A stretch of 29,985 bases of DNA from Gemmatimonadota bacterium (GCA_039588275.1 JBDHAC010000034.1:1-29985); one strand, 5' to 3'. Positions 16,979-26,770 are shown, numbered from the stretch's first letter. Notes: a model not told the origin generated them from the sequence alone. Numbers and translations: made by a program.

Positions 16979-18003
16979 TGGACTCCGGACTCACGTACCG
17001 GGAGGCCGGCGTCGATCTGGAGGCCGCGGCCCGCGCGAAGGCTCGGCTGGGCGAGCTCGTCGAGCAGACCCGAACGGAGGCCGTGGCTGCCGGCTTCGGT
17101 TCATTCGGCGGCCGGTTCCGGGCGGCCGCCGGCCGCGAGCTGGTGGCGAGCGCGGACGGAGTCGGGACCAAGCTGAAGTTGGCCTTCATGACGGGACGAC
17201 ACGACACGGTCGGGATCGACCTCGTGAACCATTGCGTCAACGACATCCTGACCGAGGGGGCCGTGCCGCTGGTATTCATGGACTACTTCGCGTGCGGAGT
17301 CCTGGATCCGGACACCGTCGTGGCGGTCGTTTCAGGTCTGGCTGCCGCGTGTCGTGAGAACGGGTGTGCGTTGCTGGGCGGAGAGACCGCCGAGATGCCG
17401 GACTTCTACGGGGCAGGCGAGTACGATCTGGCGGGATTCGTCGTCGGCCAGATCGAGTTTCAGGCGGTGGCCGATCGCGAGATCCGGACCGGCGATCGAA
17501 TCGTCGGACTGGCGTCCAGCGGCTTGCACACCAACGGCTTCAGCTTCGTTCGACGGTTGCTGTTCGACCGTCTGGGTCTTGCCGTGTCGGATTCGCTCCC
17601 AGGTGTGGACGCGAGCGTCGGCGAGGTGCTCCTGCGACCGCACCGCTCCTACCTCGAGGTGCTCAAGGGCAGCTGCGCGGCCGGTGTGGTTCGCGGGCTG
17701 GCGCATGTGACCGGGGGCGGAATCCCTGGCAATCTCGGGCGTGTGCTTCCGAAGACGCTGAGCGCTCGCGTCCGGGTTTCCGCATGGACGCCCCCTCCCG
17801 AGTTTCAGTTCCTGTCTGACGAGAGTGGGGCGTCGCGGGATGAGATGTACCGCACGTTCAACATGGGAATCGGGATGCTGGCGATCGTCTCGTCCGAGGA
17901 CGAGACGGGCTTCCGGCAGGTCGTGGAGGGCAGCGGCTGCGCCACCTACCCGTGCGGCGAGATCGTCGAGGGGGACGGTTCGGTCATCATGGAATGGACT
18001 TGA
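16978..18003 (+). CDS. purM: Phosphoribosylformylglycinamidine cyclo-ligase (AIR synthetase)
   Basis: YREAGVD, DGVGTK, GIDLVNHCVND, GGETAEMP, SSGLHTNG, HVTGGG and TFNMGIG motifs. Confidence 0.97.
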   Translation: MDSGLTYREAGVDLEAAARAKARLGELVEQTRTEAVAAGFGSFGGRFRAAAGRELVASADGVGTKLKLAFMTGRHDTVGIDLVNHCVNDILTEGAVPLVFMDYFACGVLDPDTVVAVVSGLAAACRENGCALLGGETAEMPDFYGAGEYDLAGFVVGQIEFQAVADREIRTGDRIVGLASSGLHTNGFSFVRRLLFDRLGLAVSDSLPGVDASVGEVLLRPHRSYLEVLKGSCAAGVVRGLAHVTGGGIPGNLGRVLPKTLSARVRVSAWTPPPEFQFLSDESGASRDEMYRTFNMGIGMLAIVSSEDETGFRQVVEGSGCATYPCGEIVEGDGSVIMEWT

Positions 18004-18004
18004 T

Positions 18005-19162
18005 GTGTACCCGATAACCGTCGACACCATAACAGATACGGCGTCGCGTCAAGCAGAGGACGCGCGGCACATGCGGGCGGCGCTAGAGCTGGCGCGCCGC
18101 GGGTGGGGGCGTGTCGCTCCGAACCCGATGGTCGGGGCGGTCGTCGCGAAGGGGAGCGAGGTCCTCGGACGTGGCTGGCACGCCGAGTACGGCGGAGACC
18201 ACGCCGAGGTCGTGGCCCTGCGTGAGGCAGGCAGCGGGGCCTCGGGCGCCACGCTGTACGTGACCCTCGAGCCCTGCGACCACCTCGGGAACACGCCCGC
18301 CTGTACCGAGGCCATCCGGCGGGCGGGGGTCGGCCGGGTCGTCGTGGCGTCCCGAGACCCGCACGCGGCGGCCGGCGGTGGAGCCGACTCGCTGCGCGCC
18401 GCCGGGCTGCGTGTGGACGTCGGGCTGGAGGCGGAAGCGGCGAAGCGTCTCAACGCGAGCTTCCTGTGGCGCCACGCGACAGGAACGCCCTTCGCGTCGC
18501 TCAAGCTGGCGCTCTCCCTGGATGCGAAACTCGGCGCCGCCGGCGTGCGATCCGCGGTCTCCGGGCCCGCCGCCTGGGAGCGAGTACACGAGCTCAGAGC
18601 CGCACACGACGCGATAATCATCGGCCGGCGGACCGCGGAGGTCGATGATCCGCGGTTGACGGCTCGCGGCGAGGTCGAGCCCCGGCGACCCCCGATTCGA
18701 GCCGTATTGGATCCCTCCGTGCGTCTTGGACCTGACTCGCGTCTCGCGCGGTCGACGGATTACGGCCCGGTTTGGCTCTTCGCCGACGTCGAGAGCATGT
18801 CTAGCGATCGCGGGCGCCTTCTTACGGATGCCGGGGTAGAGATCGTCGGGATCTCGCGTGACGATCACGGGCGCATGCGCACGGAGGACATCTGGGCGGC
18901 GCTCGTGGATCGCGGGGTCGACTCCGTCTTGGTGGAGGGAGGGGGCCAAACGGCCGTGACGTTGCTAACAGAGCACCGCATCCAGCGCATGCACTTGATT
19001 CTCGCTCCGATCTTCTGTGGGGAGGCGGGGGTCCCGGCCTTCCCCGGCATCGAATCCATCGAACCTGGGGAGTGGGAACCCATGGAGAGGGAGGCGCTGG
19101 CGGCCGACACTTATCTCATGCTCGAGCACGCCGCGCTTCGGTCCACGCTCGGTGAGATCTAG
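18005..19162 (+). CDS. ribD: Bifunctional riboflavin deaminase/reductase
   Basis: PNPMVGAV, HAE, TLEPCDH...PAC zinc site, KLALSLD, DDPRLTAR and LVEGGG motifs. Start is uncertain (GTG 18005 just after purM, or ATG 18071). Confidence 0.93.
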   Translation: MYPITVDTITDTASRQAEDARHMRAALELARRGWGRVAPNPMVGAVVAKGSEVLGRGWHAEYGGDHAEVVALREAGSGASGATLYVTLEPCDHLGNTPACTEAIRRAGVGRVVVASRDPHAAAGGGADSLRAAGLRVDVGLEAEAAKRLNASFLWRHATGTPFASLKLALSLDAKLGAAGVRSAVSGPAAWERVHELRAAHDAIIIGRRTAEVDDPRLTARGEVEPRRPPIRAVLDPSVRLGPDSRLARSTDYGPVWLFADVESMSSDRGRLLTDAGVEIVGISRDDHGRMRTEDIWAALVDRGVDSVLVEGGGQTAVTLLTEHRIQRMHLILAPIFCGEAGVPAFPGIESIEPGEWEPMEREALAADTYLMLEHAALRSTLGEI

Positions 19163-19175
19163 CAGGGACCAGGAT

Positions 19176-19841
19176 ATGTTCACCGGTCTGGTGCGCGGCG
19201 TCGGAATCGTCGATTCCCGCAAGCGGTTCGAGGAAGGCATTCGATTTCGCATCACCACGCCCGAATGGGCGGCACGGCTCGAAGCGGGCGATTCCGTGGC
19301 GGTGGACGGCGTATGCCAAACGGTCGTCCGGGCCGACGAGGAGTCCTTTGATGTGGAGGCCATCCGCACGACGCTTTCACGCACGACATTGGGTGAGTGG
19401 GAACCCGGGAGGCAGGTAAACCTCGAACCCCCCCTCGGCGGGGGTGAGCCGTTCGGCGGACACCTGGTACAAGGGCACGTGGACGGAGTCGCCGAGGTCG
19501 TGAGCGTCCGTGAAGCGGGTGAAACCGTCTTCGTGCGCATCCACCTTCCCGCCCATGTGGCGGAGGTCACCGTACTGTACGGTTCTTTAGCCGTCGATGG
19601 CGTCAGTATGACCGTCAACGACATGGACGGTGACATCGCGGAACTGGCGATAATTCCTTATACATGGACGCATACCTCGTTTCCGCGACTGCGACCCGGT
19701 AGCCGCGTGAACGTGGAAGCGGATCTTATCGGCAAGTACGTTCGTAGACTCCTCCAGCCGTACTTCGATGCTCCACCAGGAGAGCGACGAGGGGAGCGCA
19801 CGAAGGTATCCAAACCGACAGAACAGGCAACCGATCGATGA
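19176..19841 (+). CDS. ribE: Riboflavin synthase (alpha chain)
   Basis: N-terminal MFTG, GDSVAVDGVCQT, VNLE, GGHLVQGHVDG and GSLAVDGVSMT motifs. SD AGGA precedes ATG 19176. Confidence 0.96.
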   Translation: MFTGLVRGVGIVDSRKRFEEGIRFRITTPEWAARLEAGDSVAVDGVCQTVVRADEESFDVEAIRTTLSRTTLGEWEPGRQVNLEPPLGGGEPFGGHLVQGHVDGVAEVVSVREAGETVFVRIHLPAHVAEVTVLYGSLAVDGVSMTVNDMDGDIAELAIIPYTWTHTSFPRLRPGSRVNVEADLIGKYVRRLLQPYFDAPPGERRGERTKVSKPTEQATDR

Positions 19842-21058
19842 CGGAACGTTTCCATGATGAGGTCGAAGCAGCGATCGACGTGATTCGCCGCGGGGGCATG
19901 GTGATCGTCGCCGACGATGAGAATCGCGAGAACGAAGGAGATATCGTCTGCGCGGCCGAGAAGGTCACGCCCGAGCGGATCAATTTCATGTGTACGCACG
20001 GGAGAGGGTTGATCTGCCTCACCCTCGCCGAAGACATCGCGGATCGTCTCGAGCTCCCGCTGATGACCAACGGCAAGCTATCCGATCCGAACGAGACCGC
20101 GTTCACGGTTTCGATCGATGCCCGAGGTGACCTGGGTGTCTCCACCGGGATCAGTGTACACGATCGCGCACGGACCATTCAAATCGCCGTCGACCCGAAC
20201 ACTCAGCCGACCGATCTGGCTCGCCCCGGGCACGTGTTTCCGCTGCGGGCCAAGCCCGGAGGGGTACTCCAGCGCGTCGGACAGACGGAAGCTTCCGTAG
20301 ACCTCGCCCGCATGGCGGGATTGAGGCCCGCGGGGGTGATCTGCGAGATCCTCAACGCGGACGGCACCATGGCTCGCCGCCCAGATCTCGAAGAGTTCTC
20401 CGGGGCCCACAGCATCCCATTCATCACCGTCGCCCAGATCGTGTCCTACCGGCTGCGTAACGAACGACTCGTGCACCGCGTGGCGGAGGCGGATCTGCCG
20501 ACTCCGTGGGGCGACTTTCGCATCATTGCCTACGGAAACGACGTGGACCAGCGGGAACACGTCGCGCTCGTGCGGGGGGATGTGACGGGCCAGAAGGACG
20601 TCCTAGTTCGAGTGCACTCGAAGTGCCTGACCGGGGATGTGTTTCACTCTCACCGGTGCGACTGTGGGGCGCAGTTGAGCACCGCCATGCAGCGCGTCGT
20701 GGATGAGGGGATGGGGGCCGTCGTCTATCTGGATCAAGAGGGAAGGGGCATCGGCCTTATCAACAAGATCCGGGCGTACGCGCTACAGGACGAGGGACAT
20801 GACACCGTGGAGGCCAACGAGGCGCTCGGGTTCCCTCCCGACCTGCGGAACTACGGAATCGGAGCGCAGATCCTCCTGGATCTCGGTCTCCATTCGATAC
20901 GAATCATGACGAACAACCCCAAGAAGCTTGCCGGCCTGGAAGGTTTCGGCCTGACCATCAGCGGACGCGTTCCCTTGGAGCCGAAATCAGGCGACGTGGC
21001 CAGACCCTATCTCCAGACGAAACGAGAGAAACTCGGACACCTCATCCAATCTTCCTGA
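19838..21058 (+). CDS. ribBA: Bifunctional DHBP synthase / GTP cyclohydrolase II
   Basis: DDENRENEGD, AFTVSID, RPGHVFPL, GVICEI, then RVHSKCLTGD...RCDCG, QEGRGIG and MTNNPKK. Confidence 0.97.
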   Translation: MTERFHDEVEAAIDVIRRGGMVIVADDENRENEGDIVCAAEKVTPERINFMCTHGRGLICLTLAEDIADRLELPLMTNGKLSDPNETAFTVSIDARGDLGVSTGISVHDRARTIQIAVDPNTQPTDLARPGHVFPLRAKPGGVLQRVGQTEASVDLARMAGLRPAGVICEILNADGTMARRPDLEEFSGAHSIPFITVAQIVSYRLRNERLVHRVAEADLPTPWGDFRIIAYGNDVDQREHVALVRGDVTGQKDVLVRVHSKCLTGDVFHSHRCDCGAQLSTAMQRVVDEGMGAVVYLDQEGRGIGLINKIRAYALQDEGHDTVEANEALGFPPDLRNYGIGAQILLDLGLHSIRIMTNNPKKLAGLEGFGLTISGRVPLEPKSGDVARPYLQTKREKLGHLIQSS

Positions 21059-21093
21059 CCGGGGCGGCCGCCGCCCCCCGCGGCGACGAGTAG

Positions 21094-21561
21094 ATGGTGG
21101 ACTACAAGGGCCAGCCTGACGGCGCCGGGCGACGCATCTGTATCGTTGCCTCCCGCTTCAATCCGATGGTCACCGACCAGTTGGTGGACGGAGCTCGCTC
21201 CGAGCTGCTTCGGCGAGGCGTGGCCGAGGCGAGTCTCGACGTGATTTGCGTTCCGGGAGCCTGGGAGATCCCGGCCGCTGCGGCCCGTGCCGCAACCGGT
21301 CCCTACGATGCGATCGTGGCGTTGGGGTGTGTGATTCGTGGCGAGACGACTCATTACGAGCACATTGCCACCGCCGTAACCGACGGCCTCACGCGAGTCC
21401 AACTTCAGACCGGTATTCCGATCGCACTGGGAGTCCTGACCACCGAGTCTCTCGAGCAGGCCCTGGCCAGGGCCGGCGGGGAAGTGGGGCACCTTGGGGT
21501 CCAGGCCGCCGAGGCCGCCCTCGAGATGTGCGACCTGTTCTCACGCCTGGAGCCATCGTGA
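21094..21561 (+). CDS. ribH: 6,7-dimethyl-8-ribityllumazine synthase
   Basis: SRFN, VPGAWEIP, LGCVIRGETTHYE and GVLTT motifs. Confidence 0.96.
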   Translation: MVDYKGQPDGAGRRICIVASRFNPMVTDQLVDGARSELLRRGVAEASLDVICVPGAWEIPAAAARAATGPYDAIVALGCVIRGETTHYEHIATAVTDGLTRVQLQTGIPIALGVLTTESLEQALARAGGEVGHLGVQAAEAALEMCDLFSRLEPS

Positions 21562-21992
21562 GCGAGCGACACTCTCGTCCCGCGCACGCACGCTCCCGGG
21601 CGCGCAGCTGGGCGCTTCAGCTCCTGTACGGCTGGGAGATCAGGGGCGAGGGAGGGCTCAGGGCGCATGCCGTACGTGCTCTGGAGCACCGTCGCATGGC
21701 TCCCCGCTACCGGCAACACGTCGACCGTATCCTGGCTCTTGTCGAGTCGAACCGGGAGGCAATCGACAGGCTACTCGAGGAGACCATGCCGAATTGGAAG
21801 CTGGGACGCCTGGATGCGATCGATCGGAATGTTCTGCGTATCGGGATCGCCGAGCTCCTGTATGCGGACGACGTTCCCCCGAAGGTCGCCATCCACGAGG
21901 CAATTCGACTGGCCGGCCGCTACGGAAGCGCGGAAAGCCCCCGCTTCGTGAACGGAGTGCTGGACGCCGTGCACCGAAAGGCGGCGGTGTAG
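21558..21992 (+). CDS. nusB: Transcription antitermination factor NusB
   Basis: RSRARSWALQLLY, WKLGRLDAIDRNVLR, VPPKVAIHEAIRLA and FVNGVLD motifs. GTGA overlap with ribH. Confidence 0.96.
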   Translation: MSERHSRPAHARSRARSWALQLLYGWEIRGEGGLRAHAVRALEHRRMAPRYRQHVDRILALVESNREAIDRLLEETMPNWKLGRLDAIDRNVLRIGIAELLYADDVPPKVAIHEAIRLAGRYGSAESPRFVNGVLDAVHRKAAV

Positions 21993-22011
21993 GCGCCGCG
22001 CGTGTGATTGC

Positions 22012-23163
22012 GTGGATCGTTCCGACGTCGATCGCCCGCTCCGTCTCCTCGTCATCAACTGGCAGGATCGCCGGAACCCGCAGGCCGGCGGTGCCGAGGT
22101 GCATTTGCACGAGATCTTCGGGCGGCTCGCCGCCCGCGGACACGACGTGCGACTACTCGTCTCCGGTTGGGCGGATGGCTCCGTGCGCGAAGTCGTCGAC
22201 GGGATGCGAGTCTTTCGCGCAGGACGAAGACACACGTTCCCGGTTCACCTGCGATCCCTATACGAGTCGGCGTGTCACGGCACCGGGATCGACCTCGTCG
22301 TCGAAGACATCAACAAGCTTCCGCTTTACGCGCCGCTGTGGGCTCGGAAGCCCGTGGTGGGTCTCGTCCCGCACCTGTTCGGAACCACAGCGTTTCGCGA
22401 AGCCGCCTGGCCGATGGCCGCTACGGTGTGGGCTGCGGAACGTGGGATTCCCTGGGCCTATCGTGGCGTGCCGTTCCAGGCGATCTCGGAGAGTACGGCC
22501 GATGATCTGGAGTCACGCGGTCTCGACCGGTCGCGAATCGAGGTCATCCACCCGGGTATCGACCACGAGCGCTTTCGACCCGGGGCCGAGGATTCCCGCT
22601 TCGCGGAACCAACCATCGTTTACGTCGGTCGTCTGAAGCGTTATAAGGGGCTGGAAGTGGTCTTGCAGGGTTTGGCGAGACTGACCGGAGAGGGTTTGGA
22701 GCCGCGTCTGTTGATCGCGGGTCGGGGTGATGACCGCCCCCGTCTCGAGCGAGCAGCACGCAAGATGGAGCTCGCCGAACGCGTGCGCTTTCTGGGCTAT
22801 TTGGGCGAGGACGAGAAGGTAGAACTGCTGCAACGAGCCTGGGTCAACGTGTATCCCTCACCCAAGGAGGGTTGGGGTCTCACGAACGTCGAGGCCGCAG
22901 CGTGCGGAACCCCTACGGTCGCGAGCGACTCGCCTGGTCTGAGGGAGTCCGTCGAGGACGGCGTGTCGGGGTACCTGGTCGCTCACGCTGACCCTCTCGC
23001 ATGGGGCGACCGTCTTCGGGCAATCCTCGTCGACGCCGATCGGCGCCGTGACTTGGGCGCCGGTGCGACGGAACATGCCGCCCGGTTCTCGTGGGACCGA
23101 GCGGCATCAGAGACTGAACAATCACTGGTGCGGATCATACGGGATGGAGGAGGCCGCGGATGA
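22012..23163 (+). CDS. Glycosyltransferase family 4 (GT-B fold)
   Basis: AGGAEVH, YVGRLKRYKG and PSPKEGWGLTNVEAAACGTP (E-x7-E), plus ESVEDGVSG. Confidence 0.93.
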   Translation: MDRSDVDRPLRLLVINWQDRRNPQAGGAEVHLHEIFGRLAARGHDVRLLVSGWADGSVREVVDGMRVFRAGRRHTFPVHLRSLYESACHGTGIDLVVEDINKLPLYAPLWARKPVVGLVPHLFGTTAFREAAWPMAATVWAAERGIPWAYRGVPFQAISESTADDLESRGLDRSRIEVIHPGIDHERFRPGAEDSRFAEPTIVYVGRLKRYKGLEVVLQGLARLTGEGLEPRLLIAGRGDDRPRLERAARKMELAERVRFLGYLGEDEKVELLQRAWVNVYPSPKEGWGLTNVEAAACGTPTVASDSPGLRESVEDGVSGYLVAHADPLAWGDRLRAILVDADRRRDLGAGATEHAARFSWDRAASETEQSLVRIIRDGGGRG

Positions 23164-23495
23164 ACGTGATTCTTTCGGTGCGTAATTCTCAAATCGACGA
23201 CGACCTCCGCGAGCTCGTGCAGCGGCGGTTCGATCATCTCGAGCGTTACGAACCGCGAGCGTCGAAGGCCGAGGTGACGCTGACGGAGACCAAGAAACGG
23301 GTCGAGGTGGAGGCACTGGTGAGCGTAGACCGCGCGGACCGTGTCCATGCTCGCGCGGAAGCCGAGGACGCGCGGACCGCCATCGATCGACTGGTGGAGA
23401 AGCTGGGGGTACAGCTTCGTCGCCGCAGGGGCAGGCGGCGTAATCACCAGGCTCCGCCCCGTGGGGACCTCGAGCAAACCGGGAGCGAGCCTTGA
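23160..23495 (+). CDS. hpf: Ribosome hibernation promoting factor (short HPF/RaiA)
   Basis: Size of 111 aa, the AIDRLVEKLGVQLRR helix typical of HPF/YfiA, and position directly before hprK. Confidence 0.85.
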   Translation: MNVILSVRNSQIDDDLRELVQRRFDHLERYEPRASKAEVTLTETKKRVEVEALVSVDRADRVHARAEAEDARTAIDRLVEKLGVQLRRRRGRRRNHQAPPRGDLEQTGSEP

Positions 23496-24451
23496 GCGGA
23501 TTGAAAGTCGGCGATCTTCTGGACACCAAGCGCGACGCGCTCTCACTCGAGCTCCTCGCGGGCGAGGCCGGACTCGAACGAGAGATCACGGGCCCCGAGG
23601 TATCGAGCCCGGGACTGGCGCTGAGCGGGTACACGGACCGGTTCGTGGCGGACCGTGTCCAGGTCCTCGGCGAGACCGAGCTTTCGTATTTGCACAGTCT
23701 GCCGGCCGACGAATGCCGCGACGCGATGGGTCGTGTGTTCCAGTTCGGCGTCCCGTGCGTGATCCTCACGAAAGGACAAGAGCCTCCCGCTCCCCTGACC
23801 GAAGCAGCCGAGGCGTACGGCATCTCGGTGATCCGGACGACGCTGAAGACGGGAGACTTCTATCGCCGGGTGAAGCCGTATCTCGAGGAGGAGTTCGCCC
23901 CACGGACCGCGATTCACGGGTCGCTCGCGGACGTGTACGGCGTGGGGCTCCTGTTCATCGGACCGAGTGGAATCGGAAAGAGCGAGTGTGTCCTCGACCT
24001 GGTCGAGCGGGGCCACCGGCTGGTCGCGGATGATGTGGTCCTGGTCCACAAGCGCGGGCATGACATCCTGATCGGGCGAGGGCACGACTACCAGCAGCAC
24101 CACATGGAGATTCGCGGCATCGGGATCATCGACGTTCGCGCGCTATTCGGCATTCGCGCGGTACGCCAGCAGAAGCGGATCGAAGTCGTCGTCCAGTTGG
24201 AGGAGTGGCGGGAGGACGCCACCTACGATCGCACCGGCCTCGCGACCGAGACGAGCGACATCCTCGACGTGCAGATCGCCAAGGTCATCGTCCCGCTCAA
24301 CCCGGGGAAGAACATCACGGTAATCGCCGAGGTCGTCGCGATGAACCATCTCCTCAAGTACTCGGGGGTGGACACGGCGCGTGACTTCGACCAGAGCCTG
24401 GTGGAGCGCATGCAACCGATCCGGGAATACCTCGAGGAGGACAATGAGTGA
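23492..24451 (+). CDS. hprK: HPr(Ser) kinase/phosphorylase
   Basis: PGLALSG, RVQVLGETE, HGSLADVYGVG, GPSGIGKSE (Walker A), GHRLVADD and MEIRGIGII motifs. Confidence 0.97.
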   Translation: MSGLKVGDLLDTKRDALSLELLAGEAGLEREITGPEVSSPGLALSGYTDRFVADRVQVLGETELSYLHSLPADECRDAMGRVFQFGVPCVILTKGQEPPAPLTEAAEAYGISVIRTTLKTGDFYRRVKPYLEEEFAPRTAIHGSLADVYGVGLLFIGPSGIGKSECVLDLVERGHRLVADDVVLVHKRGHDILIGRGHDYQQHHMEIRGIGIIDVRALFGIRAVRQQKRIEVVVQLEEWREDATYDRTGLATETSDILDVQIAKVIVPLNPGKNITVIAEVVAMNHLLKYSGVDTARDFDQSLVERMQPIREYLEEDNE

Positions 24452-24851
24452 TCCGGTCCGCGGTGTCGTCTTGGCTCATGCGGACCTCGCCGAGGCCCTT
24501 GTTCGAACGGTCGAACAGATCTCGGGTGTGACGGATGTCTTGCTTCCGATCAGCAACGAAGGATTGCGGCCCGAGGATTTACGCTCACGACTGGAAGCTG
24601 CGGCCACCGGGCGACCCTCCATCATATTCGTCGATATGTCGAGCGGGAGCTGCGCGTTCGCGGGGCGGATGATCGCTCGCGGCAATGATGACATCGCCGT
24701 CCTGACCGGCGCGAACCTTCCGATGCTACTCGACTTCGTGTTCCACCTCGACATGCCGTTGCCCGAGCTGTCGGAGCGCCTGTTGCACAAGGGGCGTGCC
24801 GGGATGGATGCGCACCACGCGTCTGGCCACGCCCGCCCCGACGGGCCCTGA
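24444..24851 (+). CDS. PTS mannose/fructose/sorbose-family EIIA
   Basis: GVVLAHADLA (phospho-His), IFVDMSSGSC and GANLPML motifs. ATG 24444 follows SD GGAGG. Confidence 0.88.
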   Translation: MSDPVRGVVLAHADLAEALVRTVEQISGVTDVLLPISNEGLRPEDLRSRLEAAATGRPSIIFVDMSSGSCAFAGRMIARGNDDIAVLTGANLPMLLDFVFHLDMPLPELSERLLHKGRAGMDAHHASGHARPDGP

Positions 24852-24868
24852 ACGGCGCACCCGATCCC

Positions 24869-25363
24869 GTGGCGTTCACGCTGTTCCGCGTCGACGAGCG
24901 ACTCCTGCATGGCCAGGTTCTGGTCGGTTGGGGGGTCAGGCTGGGCATCGACTACTACGTTGTGGTCGATGACGCGCTCGCCGAAAGCGAATGGGAGCAG
25001 GAGCTCTACGCCAGCGGTCTCACCGAGGGAGTCGGGGCGACCTTTCTCGGGATCGCGGAAGCATGCGACCGGTTCGAGGAGCTGGACGAGCGTGCGGGGC
25101 AGGGTGCGCTATTGACGCGGGGGACGACCGCGATGCGACACCTGGCGGAGAGTGGCTTGTTGAAGCAGCGACGCGTGAATATCGGCGGATTGCACGCCGC
25201 CCCGGATCGGTCGAAGGCGCTCGACTACGTATACCTCGGCCGATCGGAGGCGGATGACCTCGTCGCCATGAAACCGCTCGTGCGCGGCATTTCGGCGAGG
25301 GACCTGCCGACGGCACCCGAGACTCCACTCGAGCAGATTCTGAAGTCCGTTGGCCGGTCTTGA
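24869..25363 (+). CDS. PTS mannose-family EIIB
   Basis: RVDERLLHGQV (phospho-His), VVDD and VNIGG motifs. Confidence 0.92.
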   Translation: MAFTLFRVDERLLHGQVLVGWGVRLGIDYYVVVDDALAESEWEQELYASGLTEGVGATFLGIAEACDRFEELDERAGQGALLTRGTTAMRHLAESGLLKQRRVNIGGLHAAPDRSKALDYVYLGRSEADDLVAMKPLVRGISARDLPTAPETPLEQILKSVGRS

Positions 25364-26045
25364 CCTGAATCCGGGCCTGTGGGTCGGCATCGTGCTCCTC
25401 GGCGCGTTGGTCGGGCTCGATGGAATCAGCTGGTCTCAGTTGATGATCTCGCGGCCCATCGTGGCCGGCACGCTCGGCGGATTGCTGTTCGGCGATCCCG
25501 GCGCAGGCTTCCTGAGTGGCGCACTCCTCGAGATCGTGAGCGCGCGCCACCCGCCATACGGCGCGGCCAGGTACCCCGAAACGGGCCCCGCCGGGCTCAT
25601 CGCCGGGGCAGCGTATGCGAGTGTCGGATCCGCGGGATTGTTGCCGCTCATCACGGTCACCTTGGCCGGTTGGGCGATCGGTTGGACCGGAAGTCACTCC
25701 ATCCAGCTTCAACGTGCGCTCAACGGGCACCTCGTGGGTGATCCGACCGCGTTCGGTGGTGATGCCCGGATGCTGACCCGGAGACATCGGCTGGCCATGC
25801 GTCTCGACGCGGTACGGGCGGCGTTCATTACCGCAGTCTTCGTGGTGCCCACCATGGTCGCGGCCAACTTCGCGGCCAGCTTCGCTCCCCCGACCCATGC
25901 TCGCCTTTCGGGCGCCCTGGCTGCCGCCGGTATCGCGGGGCTCGCGGGGGCGGGAGCCAGGGTCTTGGGGGGACGACCGAGGGGCTGGTCGGCATTCGCC
26001 GGTGGAGCCTTGGCCGGAGCAGCGCTCGGAGTGTTGCTCACATGA
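25350..26045 (+). CDS. PTS mannose-family EIIC
   Basis: Hydrophobic protein with QLMISRPIVAG...G...GD...GA.LE, typical of ManY-like EIIC. TTG start. Confidence 0.85.
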   Translation: MAGLDLNPGLWVGIVLLGALVGLDGISWSQLMISRPIVAGTLGGLLFGDPGAGFLSGALLEIVSARHPPYGAARYPETGPAGLIAGAAYASVGSAGLLPLITVTLAGWAIGWTGSHSIQLQRALNGHLVGDPTAFGGDARMLTRRHRLAMRLDAVRAAFITAVFVVPTMVAANFAASFAPPTHARLSGALAAAGIAGLAGAGARVLGGRPRGWSAFAGGALAGAALGVLLT

Positions 26046-26770
26046 GACCGACGCGTTCGGACCACTCCGCCGCCTTCCTTCGCAGCTTTGCGGTCCAGGG
26101 GTCGTGGAATTACCGTACGATGATCGGAGGAGGCGTCGCATACGCTCTGTGGCCCCTCCTCGCGCGGATTCACGCGGGCGATCCCGTGGCGCTCCGCGCC
26201 GCTCTGGAGCGACACGCGTCCGCGTTCAATGCCCACCCGTACCTGAGCTCGCTCGCGGTGGGCGCGCTGGCGCGCGTCGAGCACGAGGAGCACGAGCCCG
26301 AGACGATTCGACGGTTCCGGACGGCCCTCCGTGGCCCGCTGGGCGCGATCGGGGATCAGGCGGTCTGGGCCGGGTGGCGGCCGTTCTGTCTCCTGACGGC
26401 GATCCTTGCGTTCTGCCTCGGGCTCGACGCCCGGGTCGCCGCACTCGGCTTCCTGCTCCTCTACAACTCCGGGCACCTCTCGCTGCGGGCATGGGGATAC
26501 CGACGGGGCTGGCGGGAAGGTCTGAACGTGGGAGGGGTACTGGCCCGCTCCCCGTTGAAACAGTTCGCCCAACGGCTTGTTCCCGTGAACCAGGCGCTAA
26601 TGGGGGCGGCAGTGACGCTGCTCCTCGTGCGGCTGCCGGTGGAGGCGAGCGCGCCGGAGACGATCGGGAGCGCTTTGTTGTTGGCGTTTGGGGCGTATTT
26701 CTTGCCCGCTCGTGGTGCGGTCTTGGCGATGTCGCTCCTGTTTGGAGCCTGCCTTGCCTGGCTCCTCTGA
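26042..26770 (+). CDS. PTS mannose-family EIID
   Basis: QGSWNYRTM, FNAHPY and GPLGAIGD motifs of ManZ-like EIID. ATGA overlap with EIIC. Confidence 0.9.
   Translation: MRPTRSDHSAAFLRSFAVQGSWNYRTMIGGGVAYALWPLLARIHAGDPVALRAALERHASAFNAHPYLSSLAVGALARVEHEEHEPETIRRFRTALRGPLGAIGDQAVWAGWRPFCLLTAILAFCLGLDARVAALGFLLLYNSGHLSLRAWGYRRGWREGLNVGGVLARSPLKQFAQRLVPVNQALMGAAVTLLLVRLPVEASAPETIGSALLLAFGAYFLPARGAVLAMSLLFGACLAWLL

Noticed and set aside
18001..18070. FMN riboswitch ahead of the rib genes
   Set aside because: No intergenic space and no RFN-like sequence between purM and ribD.
21061..21077. GC hairpin GGGGCGG-CCG-CCGCCCC between ribBA and ribH
   Set aside because: No U tract and very short; at most an mRNA-stability element.
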